A stretch of 64,000 nucleotides of DNA, taken from contig MNVD01000011.1 of NCBI GenBank assembly GCA_001871445.1, forward strand, positions 29,382-93,381, given 5' to 3'. Source of the stretch: Candidatus Magasanikbacteria bacterium CG1_02_41_34. GTDB taxonomy: Bacteria; Patescibacteriota; Patescibacteriia; Magasanikbacterales; UBA922. The notes below the pieces were generated by a model, which searched no databases, had not been told where the DNA came from, and saw only the letters and a list, made by a program, of their open reading frames with translations. A program made the translations under genes and the position numbers. Positions 57,762 through 64,000 of the stretch are shown piece by piece (within the stretch, counting starts at the first letter, position 1; every line of letters begins with the position of its first letter).

Positions 57762-58937
57762 ATGAAAATTGCGCACATCGTTTGTTCGTATCCTCCCTAC
57801 TATGGCGGCATGGGCAATGTTGTGTTACAGACAGTACAAGAACTTGGAAAGCGAGGACATGAGGTCGAAGTATTGACGCCTCTGTATAAAACAAAGCCAG
57901 GGATTGCCCCAGAAAATTTTGAAGAACCTGTAAAAGCACAGGTGGACTATGCCAGAAGAATGACTCCTCATATTCAGTATGGGAATGCTGCCCATATTCC
58001 TGAGATAACAGATGAACTTGATACATTTGATCTTGTGCATTTGCATTATCCATTTTTTGGAACAGCAAATCTTGTTCGAAAATGGAAGCTTCGCAATCCT
58101 CACAAGCCATTGGTTATTACGTATCATATGGATTCACGTGCACCAGGGTGGAAAGGATTATTTTTTAAATATTACAATGCATTTTGGATGCCGCGCATTT
58201 TGGGGAGTGCGGATATAGTAATTGGAAGTTCTTTTGACTATATCGAAGCAAGCGATGCTGCGCCAATGTTTCATGCCTCGAGAGACAGGTGGCGTGAGCT
58301 TCCGTTTGGTGTGGATGTGGATAGATTTCAGCCAAGAGATAAGCCGATGGATTTGTTTCAAGAAGCCGGATTTGATCCTGCTATCCCTACTATTCTTTTT
58401 GTAGGTGGTATGGACCAAGCGCATTATTTCAAAGGCGTGGATGTTCTTCTTAAGGCTCTTCTGAGGCTTAAAAAGAACGATTATAGCGTACAAGCATTCT
58501 TTGTGGGGGATGGAGACTTGAGAGCTCGATATGAAGCTCAGGCGAAAGGATATGGTCTCCAGGAGAGAGTCAAATTCCTTGGGTATGTAGAAGATGCATT
58601 GTTACCCATTGCATACAATGCTGCAGATTTGTTTGTGTTATCTTCTACGACACGTGGTGAAGCGTTTGGTATGGTCCTTCTCGAAGCTTTGGCGAGTGGG
58701 GTTCCTGTGGTCGCGAGCGATCTTGCTGGTGTACGGAGTGTTGCAGAAGATGCAGGGATGGTGTTTCCTCCGGGAGATGATTTTGCACTTGCTGAAGTTA
58801 TTGCAGGGTATATTGCGGATCCTCAGAATAAGGAAGATTTTTCGGCCGTGGCTCGTCATGTTGCTCTTGATCTGTATGCGTGGCCACACATTATTGATCA
58901 ACTTGAAGCACTGTACACGGAGCTTGTAGAAGGATAG
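57762..58937 (+). CDS. GT4-family glycosyltransferase
   Basis: 'MKIAHIVCSYPPYYGGMGNVV', '...TTRGEAFGMVLLEALASGVPVVASDLAGVRSV'. Confidence 0.8.
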   Translation: MKIAHIVCSYPPYYGGMGNVVLQTVQELGKRGHEVEVLTPLYKTKPGIAPENFEEPVKAQVDYARRMTPHIQYGNAAHIPEITDELDTFDLVHLHYPFFGTANLVRKWKLRNPHKPLVITYHMDSRAPGWKGLFFKYYNAFWMPRILGSADIVIGSSFDYIEASDAAPMFHASRDRWRELPFGVDVDRFQPRDKPMDLFQEAGFDPAIPTILFVGGMDQAHYFKGVDVLLKALLRLKKNDYSVQAFFVGDGDLRARYEAQAKGYGLQERVKFLGYVEDALLPIAYNAADLFVLSSTTRGEAFGMVLLEALASGVPVVASDLAGVRSVAEDAGMVFPPGDDFALAEVIAGYIADPQNKEDFSAVARHVALDLYAWPHIIDQLEALYTELVEG

Positions 58938-59011
58938 TGTAAATTGCTATACTACGCGTATCTTTTCATCTACTACACTATTCAACTTTTTAACTCTTTA
59001 ATCTTAACTAT

Positions 59012-59326
59012 ATGGGCAAATTTAATAAAGGCGTTGTACTCGGGGGAGTTCTTGGTGCAGCACTTGTGTGGCTCAATACCAGTACAAAAGGAAAACACTA
59101 TCGTAGCCAACTTGTTGAACAAGCATCTGATATTTATGAAAAAGTAAAACAGGAAGTGCAGCAAAGTGGTGCGATGGATAAAATGAATAAAAATAAATAT
59201 GTGTCTATGGTAAAGAAAGCTGTAGATAAACATGCTATTGAAAATGGCATGGTTGCAAATGTAAAAAATACAATTGTACGTCTTCTCAGTAGTCAGTGGA
59301 AAACGTTTAAAAAGGAAGTGAAATAA
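59012..59326 (+). CDS. YtxH-like (DUF948) small membrane-associated protein
   Basis: 'MGKFNKGVVLGGVLGAALVWLNTSTKGKHYRSQL', followed by a charged coiled-coil tail. Confidence 0.45.
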   Translation: MGKFNKGVVLGGVLGAALVWLNTSTKGKHYRSQLVEQASDIYEKVKQEVQQSGAMDKMNKNKYVSMVKKAVDKHAIENGMVANVKNTIVRLLSSQWKTFKKEVK

Positions 59327-59332
59327 TAATTT

Positions 59333-60367
59333 ATGTCATCTCTTGAAACTTATTTTGATAAAGCAATTGAAGCTGGTGCATCAGATATTCATCTTGTGGC
59401 AGGAGAATATCCGATGATTCGTGTCGAGGGGGTGCTTACCAATATTGCGGAAAAAGAACTCACAGAGACAATAGTTACCACACTTGTCAATGAGTTATTA
59501 TCTGCTGACGAACGAAAAGAATTTGAAGAAATAAAGGATGCTGATGTAAGTTATGCACATGGTGATGTACGGTTTCGTGTGAATGTACATAGTCAGGACG
59601 GAAAAGTGGGTGTTGCTGCGCGCCTTATTCCAAAAGAAATTCCTACTCCAGATCAACTTCGGTTTGAGTCTGTCCTTAGGGGTGCGACAGATTTGCTTGA
59701 TGGTCTTGTTCTGGTCGTAGGGCCTACAGGCCATGGAAAATCCACAACGATAGCAAGTCTGATTGAAGAAATAAACAAAAGTAGAAAAGCACATATTATT
59801 ACAATAGAAGATCCTATAGAGTTTGTTTTTGAAGACAAAGAAAGTCTTATCGAACAACGAGAAATTGGGATTGATACACCATCGTTTGCAAGTGCACTCA
59901 AACATATCCTCCGGCAAGATCCTGATGTCATTGTCGTAGGAGAAATGCGTGATCCAGAGACGATTGCCACGGTTCTGACTGCTGCTGAAACAGGACATCT
60001 TGTATTTTCTACCCTCCATACTTCTTCTGCCGCAGAAGCGATTGAGCGTATTGTAGATGTATTTGACGGAGCAAAACAAAAACAAGTTTTAATTCAGCTT
60101 GCGGCAGTCTTACGCATTGTGGTTTCTCAGCAACTTATCCCAACTGTAAATGGAAAGCGTGTGGTTGCTCGTGAAATATTGATCAATACACCTGCTGTAT
60201 CAAATCTTATTCGAGAAAATAATATTTCGCAGATAGGGAGTATACTCCAGACTAATGCAAAAGAGGGGATGATATCTATGGGGCGTGCAGTCGAAGCACT
60301 CGAAAAAGAAGGCTTGATTGATGAAGCGATGGCAAAGAAGCGTACAGAAAAACAACGAAAAGCATAG
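59333..60367 (+). CDS. pilT: Type IV pilus retraction ATPase PilT (secretion ATPase superfamily)
   Basis: 'ASDIHLVAGEYPMIRVEG'. The Walker A site is 'LVLVVGPTGHGKSTTIASLI'. Also 'HIITIEDPIEF', 'VIVVGEMRD' and 'GHLVFSTLHT'. Confidence 0.88.
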   Translation: MSSLETYFDKAIEAGASDIHLVAGEYPMIRVEGVLTNIAEKELTETIVTTLVNELLSADERKEFEEIKDADVSYAHGDVRFRVNVHSQDGKVGVAARLIPKEIPTPDQLRFESVLRGATDLLDGLVLVVGPTGHGKSTTIASLIEEINKSRKAHIITIEDPIEFVFEDKESLIEQREIGIDTPSFASALKHILRQDPDVIVVGEMRDPETIATVLTAAETGHLVFSTLHTSSAAEAIERIVDVFDGAKQKQVLIQLAAVLRIVVSQQLIPTVNGKRVVAREILINTPAVSNLIRENNISQIGSILQTNAKEGMISMGRAVEALEKEGLIDEAMAKKRTEKQRKA

Positions 60368-60400
60368 TGCTTCAAAAAAATATCCTGTACTTGCTGCTTT

Positions 60401-62191
60401 ATGTCACGGAAGAGAATTCAAAACAGAAATACTGCCGTTGCCTCACACTATAGCGAGGAGGTGGCTGAAACCGCGCGGCTTAAGATTGCCGCGCTTTGTA
60501 TCGTGGCGGTGACAGTAGTTCTCGTCATACGACTTTTTTCTCTCATGGTGTTGCAACACGCATTTTATACTGCGCTCGCAGCTGGTTCACATACATTGTA
60601 TGAACAATTATTTCCTGATAGAGGAAGCGTTTACATCCAAGATTCACGCACTGGAGAAGAATTTCCTCTGGCTATCAATAAAGATGTCTTTACGATATTT
60701 GTTGATACTCGCCAACTAGAAACGGAAGAAGATTCCAACAACGTTGTTGATGCACTGGCAAGTGCATTTTCCTATGATGATGAAAAAAAAATGGATATAT
60801 TGGATAGAATCAATGGAAAAGACGATCCGTACGAACCCGTTGAGCAAGATGTTGAAGAATCAATTGTTGATAGTTTGAAAGAAAAAAAATTGCCAGGACT
60901 TGGTTTTGTGCGTCATCCTATTCGGTACTATCCAGAAGGAACCCTCGCCGCACAAACAATCGGATTTGTGGGGAAAACTGATGATGGAAGTGATATTGGA
61001 CGCTATGGGATAGAAGGTTATTGGCAGGAAGAACTTGCTGGGAGCGGGGGATTTCTCGAAGCAAGTAAGAGTCTTGGTGGTGGTGTCATTGCTTTTGCCT
61101 CAAAATCATTCAAACCTGCTCAGGATGGAGCAGATATATTGCTCACCCTCGACCGAACATTGCAGTATAAGGCGTGTGAGAGGATGAGAGTGGCGATGGA
61201 GGATTATGGTGCGACCAGTGGCGCATTACTCATTTTAGAACCCAAAACAGGTGCTATACGTGCTATGTGTTCATTGCCAGATTTTGATCCCAATACATAC
61301 AATAAAGTAGAAGATGCTCGAGCATATAATAACACCACCATTTTTACCCCCTACGAACCGGGTTCTATTTTCAAACCGATCACGATGGCTGCTGCACTCA
61401 ATGAGGAAAAGGTACAGCCTGATACGTATTTTTATGATAGCGGATCTGTGGATGCAAACTGTACCAAACCAATTAAAAATGCAGAGAGTAAAGCCTACAA
61501 AGATCAGACAATGACAGGGGTTTTAGAAAATTCTATCAACACTGGCATGGTGCATGTGGTCCAGCAGTTGGGGAAGCATCCGTTTATTTCATATCTTGAA
61601 TCGTTTGGGTTTGGTGTGAAAATTGGCATTCAGCTTGACAGTGAAACCACAGGAACGATCAATACACTGTATGTCAATAAAAAAGATGATGTGGATTGTT
61701 ATACTGCTACAGCATCATTTGGACAGGGTATCACTGCCACGCCACTCCAGATGGCAAGCGCATTTGCCGCGATTGCAAACGGAGGAACGATGATGAGACC
61801 CTACATTGTCCAGGAAGTACGGTATGCTGATGGAACAATAGATCGAACCGTTCCAGAAGTATTGAGAAACATTGTTAGCAATCATGCCGCGTCACTTCTT
61901 TCTGCCATGCTTGTGCGTGTGATTGATAGCGGACAAGCACATGCGGCGGCTATTCCGGGGTATTATATTGCAGGAAAGACCGGAACAGCGCAAATCGCAG
62001 GACCTGGTGGATATGGTATTGACACCAATCATTCCTTTGTTGGATTTGGACCGGTGGATGATCCGAAGTTTGTCATGATCGTAAAGTTTGAAAAACCAAA
62101 ACGAGCCTATGCCGACAGCACTACGATTCCTGTGTTTGCCGATGTCGGCGCATTTCTCGTTGATTATTATCATATCCCTCCGAGTAGATAA
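60401..62191 (+). CDS. Class B penicillin-binding protein (PBP2/FtsI-type peptidoglycan transpeptidase)
   Basis: N-terminal TM helix 'IAALCIVAVTVVLVIRLFSLMVL'. The SxxK motif is 'PGSIFKPITMAAAL', the SxN motif is 'LENSINTG', and the KTG motif is 'AGKTGTAQI'. Confidence 0.85.
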   Translation: MSRKRIQNRNTAVASHYSEEVAETARLKIAALCIVAVTVVLVIRLFSLMVLQHAFYTALAAGSHTLYEQLFPDRGSVYIQDSRTGEEFPLAINKDVFTIFVDTRQLETEEDSNNVVDALASAFSYDDEKKMDILDRINGKDDPYEPVEQDVEESIVDSLKEKKLPGLGFVRHPIRYYPEGTLAAQTIGFVGKTDDGSDIGRYGIEGYWQEELAGSGGFLEASKSLGGGVIAFASKSFKPAQDGADILLTLDRTLQYKACERMRVAMEDYGATSGALLILEPKTGAIRAMCSLPDFDPNTYNKVEDARAYNNTTIFTPYEPGSIFKPITMAAALNEEKVQPDTYFYDSGSVDANCTKPIKNAESKAYKDQTMTGVLENSINTGMVHVVQQLGKHPFISYLESFGFGVKIGIQLDSETTGTINTLYVNKKDDVDCYTATASFGQGITATPLQMASAFAAIANGGTMMRPYIVQEVRYADGTIDRTVPEVLRNIVSNHAASLLSAMLVRVIDSGQAHAAAIPGYYIAGKTGTAQIAGPGGYGIDTNHSFVGFGPVDDPKFVMIVKFEKPKRAYADSTTIPVFADVGAFLVDYYHIPPSR

Positions 62192-62260
62192 ATTATCAAT
62201 AAACAAAAAACAATAAACAGGTTCACTGTTCATTGTTTTTTGTTTATATTGTGCTTTTGT

Positions 62261-62333
62261 GTCAGGAGGGAGAATCGAACTCCCGACCTTAGGGTTATGA
62301 GTCCTACGCTCTAACCGACTGAGCTACCCTGAC
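62261..62333 (-). tRNA. tRNA with CAT anticodon (elongator tRNA-Met or tRNA-Ile2)
   Basis: The reverse complement folds as a cloverleaf. It reads GTCAGGG-TA-GCTCAGTCGGTTAGAGC-G-TAGGA-CTCATAA-CCCTA-AGGTC-GGGAG-TTCGATT-CTCCC-TCCTGAC. A G1-C pair at the acceptor end argues against an initiator. CCA is not encoded. Confidence 0.8.
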
Positions 62334-62409
62334 TCGGTTTTTGTGAGAAGTATTGTTTTGACATGCTTTTTCCTGTCAGTCGCAATCCCAATTTTATTGG
62401 GATGAAACC

Positions 62410-62484
62410 TGGTAGCCCGTAGGGGAATCGAACCCCTGTTACTAGGATGAGAACCTAGCGTCCTAGCCACTAGACGAACGGGCC
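62410..62484 (-). tRNA. tRNA-Glu (anticodon CTC), with encoded CCA
   Basis: The reverse complement reads GGCCCGT-TC-GTCTAGTGGCTAGGAC-G-CTAGG-TTCTCAT-CCTAG-TAAC-AGGGG-TTCGATT-CCCCT-ACGGGCT-A-CCA. The D-loop is Glu-type and all four stems pair. Confidence 0.8.
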
Positions 62485-62595
62485 TTGCTTTCATGCCTAT
62501 ATGTAGGCAGTGAGCAAGAGTATAGTCACAAATGTACTTTTCGTCAATACAATACCCGTCCTACAGTATGAAGGACAGGTATGTATATAACTGTA

Positions 62596-62931
62596 TTATA
62601 TGGAACTTGGTGTGTTCATCTCAGTATGTTCAGAAATTGATTTCTTTTTTTTGAGACAATCCTTCAATGCTTTGCCAGCTTTAAATTTTGGAACGGTCAC
62701 AGGTGGAATTTGAATTTTTTCAGTAGGATTTTGTGGATTGACTCCTGTGCGTCCTGCGCGTGTTTTTGCACTAAAAGCCCCAAATCCTGCGATGGTCACA
62801 GACCCATCTCGTTGGAGAGTTTTCATGACGACATCGACAAATGCGGCAATCATGTCTTCTGCTTCTTTTTTTGAAACGCCAACTTTTTCGGCGATGCGCT
62901 CTGCAAGCGCAGCTTTGTTTACTTTATTCAT
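62596..62931 (-). CDS. hup: HU-family histone-like DNA-binding protein with a short basic C-terminal extension
   Basis: 'MNKVNKAALAERIAEKVGVSKKEAEDMIAAFVDVVMKTLQRDGSVTIAGFGAFSAKTRAGRTGVNPQNPTEKIQIPPVTVPKFKAGKALKDCL'. Confidence 0.85.
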   Translation of the reverse strand: MNKVNKAALAERIAEKVGVSKKEAEDMIAAFVDVVMKTLQRDGSVTIAGFGAFSAKTRAGRTGVNPQNPTEKIQIPPVTVPKFKAGKALKDCLKKKKSISEHTEMNTPSSI

Positions 62932-63043
62932 ATTAGTAAAGTTATTTCAAACTATATCAATAGTATACAGCAATGATTATTTATGTCAACAGAGCAAAAA
63001 CATTAGGTGCTTAGAAATCAAGGAAGGCTTAGAAGGTATGTAC

Positions 63044-63077
63044 AAAAAAACGTTCGAATTATCTCGAACGTTTTTTA
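63044..63077 (-). terminator. Rho-independent terminator downstream of rny. It is flanked by an A-run and a T-run, so it is bidirectional in shape.
   Basis: 'aaaaaaa cgttcgaa ttatc tcgaacg tttttt'. A 10-bp inverted repeat encloses it: aggcttagaa (63026-35) and ttctaagcct (63096-105). Confidence 0.55.
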
Positions 63078-63123
63078 AATGTTGCTTTCTAAGCCTACTA
63101 GACCTTCCTAGATTTCCGAGCTT

Positions 63124-64000
63124 TTAACGAGCGTACTCAATCACACGTGTTTCTCGGATGACATTTACTTTGATCTCACCTGGATATTGCAATTCACTTT
63201 CAATTTTCCGAGCAATATCTTTTGCTAGGTTGTATGCTGCGTAGTCATCAATTTCTTCTGGTGTGACAAAGACGCGTACTTCACGACCTGCTTGGATAGC
63301 ATAGACTTTTTCGATGCCTGGGAAGCTCATTGCGGTTTCCTCAAGTTCTTTGAGTCTACTTACATACTGTTCATAGGTGTCTCGGCGTGCACCTGTGCGA
63401 GATGCAGAGATTGCATCTGCTGCCATGACCAATTTTGTCAGGAGGAGTGGTGGATTGGTATCATGGTGCGTGTTGCAGACCTCTGCAAAGTCCGCATGCA
63501 TATTGAATTTTTCCATGATTTTCTTTCCGATCTCTGTATGAGCTCCCTCTGTATCATGGTCGATTGCTTTCCCAATATCATGAAAAAATCCTGCTTTTCG
63601 AGCATGTGCTGGGTCCATGCCGACTTCTTCTGCAATAAGTCCCGCAATATGTCCAACTTCGAGAGAATGGTTCAAAACATTTTGTCCGTAACTTGTTCTA
63701 TATTTCAAACGACCTACGATTGATGCGAGTTTTGGATCTGAAGCAATGATACCCATTTCTTGAAGAGCTACTTCACCAGATTTTTTCAAATCAATAGCAA
63801 GATCACGTTTTGCCTCTTCGATGTATTCTTCAATTTTTGCTGGCTGAATACGACCATCCTTGATTAGTTTTTCAATCGCGAGTTGGCAGACACGTCTGCG
63901 GATAGGGGAGAAGCTGGATATAACAAGCATTTCAGGTGTTTCATCAATAATGATTTCACAGCCAGTCATGCGCTCTATTGTCTTGATGTTTCGTCCTTCT
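63124..64000 (-). CDS. rny: Ribonuclease Y, C-terminal KH + HD part. The N-terminus lies beyond the window edge.
   Basis: The KH domain reads 'GRLKYRTSYGQNVLNHSLEV'. The HD domain reads 'GLIAEEVGMDPAHARKAGFFHDIGKAIDHDTEGAHTEIGKKIMEKF'. The C-terminus is '...IKVNVIRETRVIEYAR'. The frame is still open at nt 64000. Confidence 0.85.
   Translation of the reverse strand, partial: EGRNIKTIERMTGCEIIIDETPEMLVISSFSPIRRRVCQLAIEKLIKDGRIQPAKIEEYIEEAKRDLAIDLKKSGEVALQEMGIIASDPKLASIVGRLKYRTSYGQNVLNHSLEVGHIAGLIAEEVGMDPAHARKAGFFHDIGKAIDHDTEGAHTEIGKKIMEKFNMHADFAEVCNTHHDTNPPLLLTKLVMAADAISASRTGARRDTYEQYVSRLKELEETAMSFPGIEKVYAIQAGREVRVFVTPEEIDDYAAYNLAKDIARKIESELQYPGEIKVNVIRETRVIEYAR

Noticed and set aside
59498-60085. 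195-aa minus-strand ORF inside pilT
   Set aside because: It is antisense to a near-complete PilT with Walker motifs and is a spurious frame.
62203-62247. A/T-only hairpin (aacaaaaaacaat … attgttttttgtt) after the PBP gene as a terminator
   Set aside because: The stem has essentially no G/C pairs and there is no clean T-run. It may simply be low-complexity spacer DNA.
1-64000. CRISPR arrays, transposases, integrases and toxin-antitoxin or defence systems
   Set aside because: None found. There are no short regularly spaced direct repeats, no DDE or tyrosine-recombinase motifs, and no nuclease or ATPase pairs typical of defence islands. Apart from the surface-protein, protease and housekeeping genes, the accessory content is glycan-related.

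Overview
The window has the look of a Patescibacteria/CPR-like or small Gram-positive-like genome. It is low-GC, composition is uneven, and adjacent genes often overlap by 4 or 11 nt. I could not run searches, so every family call rests on motifs read directly from the translations.

Layout, left to right:
- 1–5.4 kb: a 5'-truncated gene for a secreted FG-GAP/VCBS-repeat protein, a convergent GT4 glycosyltransferase, a membrane-anchored CARDB/DUF11-like repeat protein and a small excisionase-family HTH protein.
- 5.8–50.0 kb: about 40 genes, all on the + strand. They begin with an ECF sigma factor and a DUF5667-like putative anti-sigma partner. A 1221-aa Thr/Ser/Ala-rich tandem-repeat secreted protein follows. 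Next come two paralogous Wzy_C-domain proteins (the WaaL / PglL / Wzy family) with C-terminal TPR tails.
- The remainder of that plus-strand block, about 33 kb, is a glycan-assembly cluster.
  - Glycosyltransferases: GT2, GT4 and other GT-B types.
  - GDP-fucose genes: gmd, an HD-domain protein, fcl, and a second gmd paralog.
  - A Wzx flippase.
  - About 8 SAM-methyltransferase domains, three of them FkbM-type.
  - Two Ugd-family dehydrogenases, a NadE-family PP-loop enzyme, and an FdtA-like isomerase plus DegT aminotransferase pair.
  - A GtrB / GT-C / GtrA-like three-component module and an SDR epimerase.
- 50.3–51.7 kb: a WbaP-type initiating phosphoglycosyltransferase sits convergently on the minus strand.
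- 51.8–58.9 kb: a secreted Ca-binding repeat protein, an S8 subtilase, and a second mini-cluster (UXS-like, GT2, DUF2304-like, GT4).
- 59–64 kb: housekeeping genes. These are a YtxH-like protein, PilT, a class-B PBP, tRNA-Glu(CUC) and tRNA-Met(CAT) on the minus strand, HU, and the C-terminal part of RNase Y running off the window.

The most interesting reading is that this is a complete surface-glycoprotein (S-layer or adhesin-like) O-glycosylation and glycan-methylation system. It is under ECF control, has a candidate protein substrate and candidate O-oligosaccharyltransferases, and most of the glycan-building genes sit on an AT-rich, apparently acquired segment at about 27–48 kb.
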